The position numbers were made by a program, and so were the translations under genes. The notes beneath the pieces are model-generated. The model ran no database searches and was not told the origin of the DNA. It saw nothing but the letters and a program-made list of their open reading frames with translations. A stretch of 64,000 bases of DNA from NCBI GenBank assembly GCA_964016885.1, contig OZ024743.1, forward strand, positions 324,570,001 to 324,634,000, in the 5' to 3' direction. The DNA comes from Eledone cirrhosa (lineage: Eukaryota). This document shows positions 1-13,238 of the stretch, in pieces (position 1 is the stretch's first letter; each line of letters begins with the position of its first letter).

Positions 1-39
1 CATATACATTGGTGCATATACATTGGTGCAATACATACC

Positions 40-435
40 CTTTTCAAAGACCTCCTGTATAGATAAGAAATGTATAATCTGTAAACTAAGCCCCCATATT
101 AACTGTAAAACTAGAAACTATATAGCATAAGATGTCCTGAAGAACAATGTAGAGATAAGAATATAGTGTACATAAGTAAGACAGCTCGTAGTATAGGAGA
201 ACGGATAAATGAACACTGGCGAGAGCTTCAAGATAGTAAAGAATCATCTGTACTCTACCAACATGTTAAAATAGAACATAAGGGTAAATTAAAGAACATA
301 GAAATAAAAATAGAAACTACACACAGAAAAGACGCAATGTTTAGACAAATCACAGAGGCAATAAACATAAATGAACTCCAACCAAAATTAAATAGAAAGC
401 ATGAATGGAATAGCAACATCACAACTTACAATTAA
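40..435 (+). pseudogene. Penelope-like element GIY-YIG endonuclease C-terminal domain (frameshifted remnant, Neptune/Nematis-like)
   Basis: ORF 166-435 reads YISKTARSIGERINEH...SVLYQH...H...RQITEAINI...LNRKHEW. Upstream out-of-frame codons give CIIC and CKTRN/IYSIRCPEEQC, matching the (G)IY-CxxC-YIG, R..EH, H, E, N pattern of PLE endonucleases. Confidence 0.85.
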
Positions 436-980
<545 letters not shown>

Positions 981-1963
981 GCTTGTGTATATGTGTGTCA
1001 ATCATTCTTTGTCTACTTGTGATGTTGTAAGATGGTTTATATTTTCAAGATGTCCTAGAGATCTTTGTATTTCTATTCCTTTACATTTTAGATAATTACT
1101 TCCGCTCTGCCACAGATATTCTGCCATGGTTTTCCAACCTAATTGAAATATCTAAGAGAAGACATTCTCGTTTTTTTTTTCCTCAGAAGATCCTTAAACA
1201 GAATAACAGATCAGTTTGGTTTATATTCTCAATCACTGAACAGCAGCTTGTTACATGATTAGACATTCACTTTTTGAAATTATTATGGTGTGTGTTTCTT
1301 CCCCATTTCCCAGGGGATAAAGTAATATTGGTAAAACTTCCTTGTGTCTATGAAGCTTTTAACTTTATTATGTCTGTACACATGATGGTGATGGATCCTC
1401 CAACGGTATCGACGATGAGCATTCAGTTGTTTGATCAACTGAACGTTCAACTTGTAAATTATTGTCTGCGGCTGAGTATTCGACAGGCATATGTACCCTT
1501 AATGTAAATCTCATACAAAAAAAACCAGCGGTCACACTATGGGACAAGGCAGGACCTTTGAATTACTATTAGAGTCTAATTGACGAGCTTCCAAACAGTC
1601 TCCCTCTACTTAGTTTCAATGACAAGCTTTGGTTCGATCCAAGGTTATGGTAAAAAAACCTCTTATGCAAGATGTCACACAATGGGATCGAATACGGGAC
1701 CCCATGATTTCAAAGTGAACTTCTTCACCACTCAGTCATGCTTGTGTCTGTGCGTACCCTCGGATCTTAAATAATAAGGTGGGTGGAATAAGCGGGGAGG
1801 GGGAGTAAGAATCGGTAATTTTTCTAAGTTATCTCTGTTGATTTAAAAAAAAACAACAGAATTAGTCGTTTCGTTTATATATTGGGTCCCCAACCCACCC
1901 TATATATTTTATAACATATGGGATTTCTTGAAATGTACTCTTTTGTCATGTATAATATATAAA

Positions 1964-2110
1964 TGTTGCTACTTTTGGCACAAGGCCAGCAATTATCCCA
2001 GTACATTACTGGTACTTTATTTTATCGACCCCCGTAAGGATGAAAGGCAAAGTTAACCTCGGAGGGATTTGAACTCAGAATGGCAAGGGCCGTATTACTT
2101 GTTGCAGGAA
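1964..2110 (-). mobile_element. tRNA-derived SINE family A (5'-truncated)
   Basis: Shares GGCACAAGGCCAGCAATTA...TTTATCGACCCC..AAGGATGAAAGGCAAAGTTAACCTCGG..GGATTTGAACTCAGA with at least 9 other copies. The reverse strand carries a B-box GTTCAAATCC. Confidence 0.8.
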
Positions 2111-2563
2111 TGCTACCATTTAAAATAAAATTTCGCCAGAGATAGATTAGCAAAATTTAATAAGTGGGTGGGGTTGAAAAATATCTGAAAAATTAAATAG
2201 CTGGGGGGAGGGGGGCGATTAGCCGGGGAAAGGGGGGAGGGCATTATTCGAGACTCGGGAATATAGTTTATTCTTGTCAAAAATAAAGAGCTGGAAGCTA
2301 TGTGAAGCATAGTTTATTTTTAGCCATCACATAATTTGCAGTTCGTTATACACGTTTTATACTCAAACATGCACAAATATATACGCACACACACACATAC
2401 ACGCACATACACGCACATACATATACACAATGGGTTGATTTTCCCCACTCGCTGGATTCATTCAGGGAGCGTAACTCTATATGCATGTGTTCAATTCATT
2501 CCCCTAGGCATTTTCGGCTAATCCATTCTTGACATAAATAATCAATGCATTATTTCTTCCCTC

Positions 2564-2594
<31 letters not shown>

Positions 2595-2615
2595 CATTTA
2601 TGTCATATATATATA

Positions 2616-2698
2616 CAGGGTGTCCCCCAAAAATGTATACACACTTTGATTTTATTTCTCTTGAAGTTCTAAAAAATACGTTTTTGTGGGGCACTCTC
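2616..2698. mobile_element. Tiny Tc1/mariner-type MITE
   Basis: Imperfect TIRs CAGGGTGTCCCCCAAAAATGTAT / ATACGTTTTTGTGGGGCACTCTC, flanked by TA on both sides. Confidence 0.55.
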
Positions 2699-2928
2699 TA
2701 TATCTGACATCTTTGCTGAGGAGATCTAATAAGATCTAAACCTGTCAATTGTTTCCCCCAACTTGCCATATAGACAAGATCCACTGTCTCTGTATTGTCT
2801 TAAATTGTTTCAAGACTTGGATCAGCCAACGCTATAGAAATCCTCTTACTTGTTTTCTTTTCATCAGTTGAAATTGCGAAGAGAGTCATGGTTGATTGAA
2901 GAGTTTATCCAATCATATTTATTCAGCG

Positions 2929-2964
<36 letters not shown>

Positions 2965-3229
2965 CCCCCCTCCCACACACACATACACAGACTCACACAT
3001 ATATATGGAACTAGCTACTGAAACGGCAAGAGCTCAGCTGTAGGGCTCCTGACTCTTTATAATATAACCATACCCTACTACCCCAAATATCGAGTACTCT
3101 GTTGAAACCATCCTGATTTATATATATATATATATATGTTCAAAAGAAATTGTTTTGGTAAAAAGAGAAGCAAGCAAGAGAAAGCTCTCTACATTCGTAG
3201 TTTGTAGTTACAATAGAGATTCAGTATAA

Positions 3230-3496
3230 GAATAACATTAAGAAATATGCTGATGTTACATAAATCGTTTATTCATAATAATTATTTCAACGCAATTCAA
3301 GATGTAATTCAGATGAATTTCGATTTTGTGGTGTTTTTTCTGCCTGAGGCATATCACAAAATCGAATTTCATCTAAAGATACCGTTCTCATGACAACAAC
3401 AAATACATGAATTACATCTCGATTGCACGGAAGAACCCTTGAAATAATTATTATGAATAAACGATTTATGTAACATGACCATCTTTCATAATGTTA

Positions 3497-3499
<3 letters not shown>
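3230..3499. repeat. Inverted repeat with nested inner hairpin
   Basis: Arms 3230-3311 and 3408-3499 (ATGTTACATAAATCGTTTATTCATAATAATTATTTCAA and its reverse complement). Inner hairpin at 3311-3374. Confidence 0.8.
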
Positions 3500-3541
<42 letters not shown>

Positions 3542-3547
3542 CAACTA

Positions 3548-3835
3548 GTCATTGCTCTACATGGCTGAATACAATAAATGTAATCTGAGTTTTTCGAATA
3601 TTAATAACAATATTCGATTCGATTGCAATTATACAAACACCCTCTTTTATAAGCCATGTCAGTAGAATGAGCCCCTCATTCTCGCTTTTGTGTTGGCATG
3701 CAAACAGAACTGTAGACACTAATGTTTCTGGCTGATTACCCTTCATCAGTGAAGTTTACTGCCTACTTGCCAACTATCAGAGCTAGTGAAAATATATGAT
3801 ATTTTCTGAAATATACGGTGACTGATTGGCCTGAT
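3548..3835 (-). mobile_element. Diverged copy of the 438-bp HHR-containing repeat family, HHR at 3707-3757
   Basis: Reverse complement of ~18840-19120. Minus strand reads CUGAUGA-AGGGU...CCA-GAAA-CAUUAGUG-UC|UACAGUUC. Confidence 0.75.
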
Positions 3836-4263
3836 TTTTTTAAACAAAGGGGAAGGCGTAAGAAGGCATCTGACCTAAGGATGCACAGTCAGGCGGTAAA
3901 CTCCAGTTCAAAGAGATAAGAACAAAAAAATAGAAAAGAATATAATTTCAGCGTGTAAGGATCAAAGAAAGCAGTTAGAAAGTTTAAGTTAAACTTGCCT
4001 AATCTAACACTTGGTTAAAGAGCAAGGCATTTATATTTTAATACTAATTCAGGTCAGTTTGCCTTCTTCCCCCTTCCCCTTGAATTTCGGCCTGTTTAGC
4101 ACCCCCCAATCCCATCACTATGAAGGTATTTAACTATGTACACCACATCCCAGATCATTGACCACTCCCCGTGACAGACAATAAAAACAACAAACTTTTA
4201 GTATTTTTTGCTTAGATAGTTTTGCCTTATTTTGCTTTGACTGCCTGCCCATATGTGGACTGT

Positions 4264-4360
4264 ACCCCTTGATAAGTTCAGCTAGATTCCCGCTGTTCTA
4301 ATACTGGTGGCTTAGTTCGGATATAGTTGTCGAAACGGCGGGAGCTCAGCCGTCGGAGTC
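4264..4360 (+). ncRNA. Degenerate hammerhead motif with long stem II (GAAACGGC family)
   Basis: ACCCC-UUGAUAA-GuuCAGCUA...UAGUUGuC-GAAA-CGGC(gggagcuca)GCCG-UC|GGAGU. The core is decayed but stems I-III are recognisable. Confidence 0.5.
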
Positions 4361-4403
4361 ATGATTCTTTTCCTATATAAATATATATATATATATATAT
4401 ATA

Positions 4404-5017
4404 AATATAAGTATGTATACGTACATACATATATGTATACAAACGTACAGTAGTATGTATATATATACATACATGCACACACATATATATATATATGTAC
4501 GTATGGGTTTACCGAACATTTATTATAATGTTCGGTTTGTTTGTAAACAAACAGCCTGAATTAAGCCGTACAGTGTTCGGCAACCATCGTTTCCCTTTTG
4601 TTCAACACTGACAAAGGAAAGATGAACTAGTTTCTACCTTATTAGCTGTCATCAGCACCGTATACCTTCCTGTCGATTGAACGTTTGAAAGTATATACTT
4701 TCCTTATGCATATTAACGGCTGAGCAGCCTAATTTGCATATCGAGTGAGTTAGTCGGCCGGGTGTACCGAAAACGATAAATGGAAAAAATGAAATTTCAT
4801 TTCTCACTCTTAGTACGGCTGATACTTAAATATAAGTATGTATACGTACATACATATATGTATACAGGCGTACAGTAGTATGTATATACATACATACATG
4901 CACCCATATATATATGTACGTACGGGTTTACCGAACATTTATTATAATGTTCGGTTTGTTTTAAACAAACAGCCCGAATTAAGCCGTACAGTGTTCGGCA
5001 ACCATCGTTGCCGAACA
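4404..5017 (-). mobile_element. ~425-bp partial tandem (about 1.45 units) pLTR-like repeat with internal HHR and terminal fold-back hairpin
   Basis: 4404-4592 is repeated at 4828-5009. The second copy ends in hairpin TGTTCGGCAAC-catc-GTTGCCGAACA. Flanked by (TA)n. Confidence 0.7.
4621..4659 (-). ncRNA. Minimal type I hammerhead motif
   Basis: Minus strand GGUG-CUGAUGA-cAGCU(aaua)AGGUa-GAAA-CUAG-UU|CAUC. Palindromic ACUAGU stem III; stem II is imperfect. Confidence 0.6.
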
Positions 5018-5032
5018 TTATATATATATATG

Positions 5033-5153
<121 letters not shown>

Positions 5154-5162
5154 CACAAACAA

Positions 5163-5473
5163 AATGGCGTAGGATAGAAGAAAGGAAAGGCACAGAAACG
5201 AAGAAAGAAATCCCCAGTCACTGAAGAGGTCACAGAGTGTGTGACGAAAGAACTATGACTATATATATATAAACAACTATCTGGTTGTGGAACCAACCAA
5301 CCAACCAGAAATTTATAAATTTGTAAATTTATAAATATATATTAAATTAAATTGAAGTGAAAGCAACTGGTGCGTGTGTTTCTTATTGGCAACATGACCC
5401 TCCCAAAGTATAACAATATCGGTTTCAACACACGATTTCAGATAAAGAATCTTGCTAAACAAATTCAGAAACG

Positions 5474-5478
<5 letters not shown>
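5163..5478 (+). mobile_element. Solo pLTR copy of the PLE at 1-878, HHR at 5216-5260
   Basis: Near-identical to 580-878. AGUCA-CUGAAGA-G-GUCACA(gagug)UGUGAC-GAAA-GAAC-UA|UGACU. Confidence 0.8.
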
Positions 5479-5532
<54 letters not shown>

Positions 5533-5620
5533 GGAAAAATTTGAACAGGGACAAAACAGAGAGGCAGTACAACGAATGTTTATTAATTTCACGCTCTGGA
5601 GAGTGGGGTGTTGGTGGGGG

Positions 5621-5653
5621 ACGACGTTTCGGGCATAAGCCCTTCCTCAGGTG
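5621..5653 (-). ncRNA. Minimal type I hammerhead motif in a PLE-like 3' end (~5530-6120)
   Basis: Minus strand AC-CUGAGGA-A-GGGC(uuau)GCCC-GAAA-CG-UC|GU. Canonical GAAACGUC; stem I is weak. Confidence 0.7.
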
Positions 5654-6267
5654 AGAAGTGTGTGGGAACAGAGTTCAAAGGGTGTGTAGGGGAGTGGGGG
5701 AGAGACATATAGCGAAAGGAAACGGTGCGAATGAAAAAATGAAAAATAAAGATAAAAATAAAAATAAAGCATGATCAAAATACAAGGAATGAGATAAATT
5801 TAAAAATAAAGGCATGATCAAAATAAACTGAAATTAAAAGGGGGGTAAACAGGTGGTGGAAGGGTGTGGGGTGTGTTGGGGTGGTGGCGGGTGGAGTGGG
5901 GAGAGGGAGACGGGGTGTCCGAGCGGGGAGGGCTGAAGGTGGTGTGTGTGTGTAGGTGTGCGTGTGTGTGTGTATGTGAAAGTAAGGGTTGGGGGAAGAA
6001 CGGGGTTGCATGTTCAGGAAGAGGTGTGTGTGTGTGGGGGGGGGGGGGGGGGTCGGAGTGTCTGTGCGTTTGTGGATAGAGGGGTGGGGGGAGAGGAATC
6101 AGGAGGCTGAGGGTGTAAATATATATATATATATATATATATATAATCGTAGAGTGATAGGAAATTTATGAATTTGAAAGAGGAATCAAGGTTGTTTGAC
6201 TAAAAAAAAACAAAAACAAATTGTCTAAGTTGGCATATAAGACCGGAAGACAGATAATATTCGTACA

Positions 6268-6340
6268 TCATCGCCCGTGGGACTCAAACTCACGCTGCAA
6301 TATACCGTTTCGCCGTGCATACCATTTACACTAAAGTGCC
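6268..6340 (-). repeat. tRNA-derived head (SINE fragment or tRNA pseudogene)
   Basis: Minus strand GGCACTTTAGTGTAAATGGT...GTGAGTTTGAGTCCCAC gives A-box-like and B-box-like motifs at tRNA spacing. No clean cloverleaf. Confidence 0.4.
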
Positions 6341-6603
6341 ACAAACAAATTTGTCCGTTATAGTAAGCCTTATATGTAAATGTCTCCCTACACATTATAT
6401 GTAAAACTAGTCAAAAGCACACCACACAAATTGAAATTAAAACCCAGCCACTATAGTGGTGCTATAAGGACGAACTTCATCAGGCAATAAATCCCTCAAA
6501 GTCTGGCTTCTATCGTACCAGACGCCTTTCAACAGCGATCATACATAGACCATAGGCATGATTCAATATATGTCCACCCACACACTCACACTCATAAACA
6601 CGC

Positions 6604-6644
<41 letters not shown>

Positions 6645-6765
6645 AGGTGAGTTTTATTGTAGCAACAATAAAGCAATGCAAATATCGGATAAGTAGCATT
6701 CTAAAGTTTGTAGGACTGGAGTAAAAATATTATAAGATCAAAAGATGGTTAAAAGAGTTCCAAGA

Positions 6766-6834
6766 ATTTTATTATGCGCATTTCAAAATCAAATATCATC
6801 ATGGGATGATATCTGCGTTTTCATCATATAAAAT
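6766..6834 (-). ncRNA. Type I hammerhead motif, C3A core variant
   Basis: Minus strand AUUUUAU-AUGAUGA-AAAcgCAGAUAUCAUC(ccau)GAUGAUAUUUGauUUU-GAAA-UGCGCA-UA|AUAAAAU: 7-bp stem I, long stem II, palindromic stem III. Confidence 0.7.
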
Positions 6835-7119
6835 AGGGATACATGATATGAAGCTTAAAAAACACTTGTGAATAGTGAAGTTTTAAATCAACATATGAAA
6901 AATAATTTAAGACTGATGTGTGAGATTGGGAAAAAGTGAGCGGGGGTTGGAAAGGGTAAGGAAGAGGAGGAGATGAGAGTAAAGAATGGTGGGGGAGGAG
7001 TATAAGAAGGAAGGATGAGAGAGGAGGAGAGATGGGTGATAGAGAGAGAGAGATAGCCTTTACAACTGAGAAAAATATATATTGTCTCACAGAGAGAAGT
7101 TAAAAAGCCGTTGGAAGAT

Positions 7120-7162
7120 AATGTGTTGGTTGTAATATACTACACTTATACACACACACACA

Positions 7163-7196
<34 letters not shown>

Positions 7197-7218
7197 TGTG
7201 TGTGTGTGTATAAGTGTA

Positions 7219-7275
<57 letters not shown>

Positions 7276-7318
7276 TGTGTGTGTGTGTATAAGTGTAGTA
7301 TATTACAACCAACACATT
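7120..7318. repeat. Inverted repeat around (TA)n
   Basis: AATGTGTTGGTTGTAATATACTACACTTATACACAC... and its exact reverse complement ending at 7318, with an extra partial arm at ~7193-7221. Confidence 0.8.
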
Positions 7319-7550
7319 GATACATATCTTATTTTTAGTCCTTATTCATTGTTCAATTCTGTGTTTATCTGATGGCCCTATAATATTCCTTCTGGAAAAA
7401 TTTTCTATCTTCTGTGAGAATATTTATTCAATTTAGTTTATTAATTCATAAGCTTTTATAAACATTTCTATCTGTGTCTCATATCTGTTCCTATGACAAC
7501 CAGCATAGGCTTTTGGCATTTATGAGGTTATACACACACACACATACAGC

Positions 7551-7651
<101 letters not shown>

Positions 7652-9477
7652 GTGTGTGTGTGTGTGTTCATGTTTATATATATACATATGTGTATATATA
7701 TATATATAATATATGTACATATATATATATTATATATGTACATATTTATATATATATATATATAGTCCCCCCCCCCACCATCTCTCTCTCTCTTGCACAT
7801 TTCTCGTCATAACCCAGTTACATAACGATGTCTTCGCTTAATCTTCACATCACCAGCCAAAATGTCTTCCTCTGTTTTACGATGACATACTTCTATCTTC
7901 TGAGTTTAAATCCTGTCGATGTCAACTTTGCTCCTCGCCTATCCGTTGTCGATTAAAAAAAGTACAACTCTAAAACTGGTGTCAATTTGATCGACATACC
8001 ATCCTACAAATTTGCTGGCCTTTGGCCTAAATTAGAAAGCTTATTCAATGTGATGAATTATAAGAATCTTTAGAGCGTCGAAGAAATGGTTTGCGGAATC
8101 TCTTCCACAGCACATTATTGCTTTTATCTTTCCTATATCCATATTTGACATTTCTTAGTTTAGTCAGCTTACTAAGTGTACATGTTATCAGGGTTAAAAG
8201 AGATTTACTGCAGACCTAACCTTACATCTTTCACCTGACAAGAAACAAAATGTACATGTGGTGTGGTAAATATATATATACGTATACACCAGGTCTGAAC
8301 ACAATGGAACCAAACTCCCACTGTCACTGCTTCTGTTCCTCCCGCTATACCCATCTTTCACTATTATAAGCAAATAGGGGCCACGCGCTGGCCGCCCCAC
8401 GGCACCGGCGAACAGAAAATCGCAACAACTATCTTGCTTTCACCATGTTAGCTTATAGAGTCCACATCTCCTGTGTTGTTTTAAATTATTCTATAATACT
8501 CAGACAGAGAAAGCTATAGTAGTCGATATAGTTGTCTTACCCATCTCCTCCCGCCACCACCACAATGTTTCTGGCTTTTGCCTGAATAAAAAAACCTTAT
8601 TTAGGATGATGGATTATAATTGTCAGAATCGTTAGAGCGTCGGACAAATGCTTTGCAATATATGTTCCAATGTTTTACACTCTTCCCCTACATATTTCTC
8701 ACATGCTTTTATCTATACATATTGTACAGTGTATGTTTACAAATTGCTATTTTCATGCATGAAAAAAAATATATATCCGGACGTATCTCACTTTGTAATA
8801 TTCCGGAATTAATCTCCGTGAGAACAAATAAGATGTCGGTTCAGGCTCGCTCTGGAAATTAGACACCTTGGTCAGATGGCGTAGCGAGCTGGTTCAGTTT
8901 TGAGCGGCACTCTTTTAGAGAGTGGCACGTTTGGAGCTTCATTCAGTTTATACGTGGAAGGCCTGATAAATTCAATCATTAGCTACACTCTTGGCTAATT
9001 GGAAGGATGGTGTAAATAGTCGGTTCAGCACTCATTTCAAGGTAAAAGATACATACTTGTTAAACGGTAGGTAATTTCACAGCGAGACTAAATATACATG
9101 GAAAATACACTCGAAAAAGGCTTGCTGAACACACAAGCTGAAACCGCTTGGCGCCGCGGTCGCGATTTTACCTATCTCTATACCCACTTTGCATCTCCCC
9201 AAGCATTGCGTACTCCCATGATTTGTGACCTCCTCGGTCTCGGCACTGTAGACTCCTCCCTCTCTCTCTCGCCTTTCTCCCCCCTCTCTCCCTCTTTCTC
9301 CCCTCCCCTCTCTCTTTATATATATATATATATATATAACACTAGGATTTATTTCTTCATGCGCTGTTTTGGTTTTTAACTCATTATAATATTTCTATAA
9401 TATTGTCACAATGCTTTCAAACTTGCCTCGAAATTCAATTCTTATATAGCTGCCACAACTCAGATAACTATAATAAT

Positions 9478-9640
9478 TGTTTCTACTTTTGGCACAAGGC
9501 CAGCAATTACCCAGTACATTTTATCGACCCCATAAGGATGAAAGGCAAAGTTAACCTCGACGGGATTTGAACTCAGGCCGTAAAGGGACGTAACTATGCT
9601 AGAAAGCATGGCGTCCAACCCTCTACCGATACTGCCAATT
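9478..9640 (-). mobile_element. tRNA-derived SINE family A
   Basis: Near full-length match to the other family A copies, with a small internal deletion. Confidence 0.85.
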
Positions 9641-9999
9641 CGGTGAATCTAGCCACACACCTCTTGTATGCCGTAATTGTTTAACTCCTTCTCCCAGCAT
9701 ATGCTTGCTTTGTATATCTGCAGGTGTTTTGTTCACTTATTTCGTCTCCAGATGTGCTTTGTTCTGTATATTCAAACTATTATCATAGTTGACTTCTTTA
9801 ATGCGACAATATTTACGAGTTTCAAATTTCCCAATACTTCGTATATTAACACGAGCTGTAGAAAAGGCAGGGGATCAGCTGTCGGGGTGCCGTAATTTTC
9901 ATATTACTCACTCTACCACTCCAAGTATCGAGTACTCTGGTCTAACTGGTCTAACTCGTTTTTACTGCATCCATTCTGATATATATATATATACAAGAT

Positions 10000-10792
10000 T
10001 GGACAACACATTGAAGAAGTCCAACGTCAGTTCACAGGATGTCAAAACGGCCGCCTCAATCAATATCAAACTCGATAATGTCACCTGACTGGGGTCTGTA
10101 ATCAACAACACTTTTTCACTCGACCTTGAACTTGACAGGCGGCTTAGGAAGTCAAACATCATCATGGCTAAGCTGGCTAAGAGGGTGTGGGAGAATAAGG
10201 CACTGACAGAACACACGAAGATCAAAGTCTACCAGAGCTGTGTTCTTAGCACTTTGCTCTGTGGAATTGAAACCTGGAGCACCTACATGAGGCAAGAACG
10301 CCTTCCACATGCGGTGTTTCAAATGTATTCTCAAATTCAGCTGGCAGGACCATATCCCACACAAAAATATCCTACAACGGGCCAGGATTCCAAGTATGTA
10401 TTCCCTACTGAGCCAGCACCGTCTTCGTTGGCTAGGAAAAATTTGGCGTATGGAGTATAGGAGGTTACCAAAAGACAGCCTGTACGGACAGCTGGCCACC
10501 GGCACCAGGCGAGTGGGCCACCCTTCGCTCCGTTTCAGGGACGCTTGCAAAAGAGACATGAAAGCCTGCAACATCCCTTCTTCCAGCTGGGAGAGACAGG
10601 CGGGAGACGACGATGTCTGGCGTCAGACTGTCTGCAAGGCCATCGCACCAATATATCTGCACCAAAGCAACAAAGACTGGCACTCACGCATCGGTCTGCA
10701 CAGTCACAGCGGAAGATGTCAGTGACCAGACATTACTCCAGGGGCATTAAGCATGGTCTTCCAAGACTGAGCTGCCAATATGATGATGATGA

Positions 10793-10795
<3 letters not shown>
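10000..10795 (+). mobile_element. RTE-clade LINE, 5'-truncated 3' end (RT C-terminal region, frameshifted)
   Basis: LAKRVWENKALTEHTKIKVYQSCVLSTLLCGIETW and RLRWLG..RME..RLPK..LYGQL..G.R..G.P.LRFRD..KRDMK...SRIGLHSH, followed by a (GAT)n tail. Confidence 0.9.
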
Positions 10796-10851
<56 letters not shown>

Positions 10852-10852
10852 T

Positions 10853-11672
10853 ATACTATAAAGTAAAGTATGTCCATAGAATTATTTGATAATATATATA
10901 CATCATTTCTTCTCCCAATTGGCATAATTAACCACACAAAAAACAATTAGACCAGGCTATGAGATTAAAAGGCACCTGTGAAGAAACAGTAAATAAATAT
11001 ACGATAGCAGCGTCTTCGCGGCCAACCGCTATAGAATATTTACCCAACATTTCAACAGCACGAGGAAATTAATTAAATATACGGTCAACCATACACAATT
11101 AGGTATAAAATTAAAGTTAGAAATGCTTATATACAAACCAGGATTAAATCACTAAATCCCGACTCATGGGGTTCGTTCTCATTTTGAGATATTCTATTAA
11201 GGATAAATCTCGAGTTTCGAACTCTTCAGGGACAAACTGGCTAGGACAGATTTTTTTCTGAAGTGGCCCCCGCCAAACACGAATTCAAAATGGCTGAGAA
11301 CTGTGACGTGGCAGTGGTCAAGTCAGAAAGAGTGTGATTGGTTGCTTACGGCGAGTGGGTTGGTTGCTAGAAAGCGCAGCCCAATATCGCCCAAATTGTA
11401 TCTCATTTCTAACTTTAATTTTATACCTAATTGTGTATGGTTGACCGTATATTTAATTAATTTCCATGTGCTGTTGAAATGTTGGGTAAATATTCTATAG
11501 CGGTTGGCCGCGAAGACGCTGCTATCGTATATTTATTTACTATTTCTTCACAGGTGCCTTTTAATCTCATAGCCTGGTCTAATTGTTTTTTGTGTGGTTA
11601 ATTATGCCAATTGGGAGAAGAAATGATGTATATATATATTATCAAATAATTCTATGCTTTACTTTATAGTAT
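10853..11672. mobile_element. Element with ~260-bp near-perfect inverted arms (foldback/MITE-like)
   Basis: 10853-11125 is the reverse complement of 11404-11672, with a ~280-bp unique spacer. Confidence 0.8.
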
Positions 11673-11773
11673 TTTGCTCTGATTATTTAATTTATTAATT
11701 CTTCATTGAGCCACATCGTGAATGGTTGCCAAAACACATATATATCTGTGACTTTGTTTAATTGGTGTATGTG

Positions 11774-11840
<67 letters not shown>

Positions 11841-11901
11841 CTGATGATTTCTAAAGAATGAAACAGTTCTAGTCCTGTAGAATCTCAGCTATATTAAAAC
11901 C

Positions 11902-12021
<120 letters not shown>

Positions 12022-12082
12022 TATGTAAATATTTATGTATATATATATATGTATATATATGTACGATATATATATGTATGTA

Positions 12083-12121
<39 letters not shown>

Positions 12122-12628
12122 TGCTATATATTGCTACTCTAGTAATTAATATCTAATAACGTTGATATATTTAGCGTGAAATATTTCTTGGCAAAATAAC
12201 AAAAGTATGACATTAAAACCACACACACACTGTTATATTCTCGTTTGTGTAAAATAATTACTTGTGCGTGCATGTGTGTGTGTATACGTATATATATGTG
12301 TATGCATGTGTGTATTTGTGTGTGCATGTGTCTGTGTGCGAATATATGTGTGTGTGTGGAGGGGGGGGGGGGGGGGTAAATTAAATATGAAAGTGCTTCT
12401 TTGTACCCCTATGACCAGGTCACTGCTACTCTGACTTCAGTTAATCTACTACCATGATTCTGTCTGCTGCTTTAGTTTCAACTGACGATCTCATAACAAA
12501 TCACTAGACCACCACTCCAGCAAAATTACAGTTGAATCATTTTCTTTTACCAGACATTAAACTGTGATCATACCGGGGCACCGATTTAAGGGGATTTTTG
12601 TCAATCATATTGATCCCAGAACACACAA

Positions 12629-12709
<81 letters not shown>

Positions 12710-12792
12710 AAAGGTGAACAGAAATAACAAAGCAAACAACAGAGTGATTGAAGAAATATATTAGTTTATCGCTTGAAATAGCAGGAAAAGAG

Positions 12793-12828
12793 TCTTAACG
12801 TTTCGAACACTAGTCCTTCATCAGAAGA
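12793..12828 (-). ncRNA. Minimal type I hammerhead motif in a PLE-like 3' end (~12705-12930)
   Basis: Minus strand UCUU-CUGAUGA-A-GGAC(uagu)GUUC-GAAA-CG-UU|AAGA. Confidence 0.8.
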
Positions 12829-12929
12829 TAGAGTTAGAAATAGAAGAAAAATAAAAAGATAAAGAGTCAAAAGAAATGGGGGAAAATGAGAAAAACGGGA
12901 GAAAAAACACACGTGCTTATTCAGTCACC

Positions 12930-13024
<95 letters not shown>

Positions 13025-13178
13025 ACGTAAGATGTGGGAAAAATAATTCAAACTCAATTCAAAAGGAATCAGGATATAGACTTATCCAACAGAATTTAGT
13101 GAAATCCAGGGAAAAAATCAATAGCGCCTTAACTCATGATAAAATAAAGTTTAAAATACTCATCCTTCAATTTGGAAC

Positions 13179-13238
<60 letters not shown>

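Noticed and set aside
1755-2262. Possible MITE with TACCCTCGGATCTTAAATAAT / ATTATTCGAGACTCGGGAATA ends containing a SINE
   Set aside because: The terminal match is too degenerate to establish TIRs.
3860-4060. Possible decayed GIY-YIG C-terminus upstream of the 4264 HHR (..RKQLES..FNTNSGQF)
   Set aside because: Only a few residues across stops and frameshifts; needs a translated search.
11838-11882. CUGAUGA-UUUCU..AGAAU-GAAA-CAGUUCUAG-UC possible HHR (related GAAACAGTTCTAG at ~18694)
   Set aside because: No stem I partner and a marginal stem II. It may be a truncated member but is not supportable.
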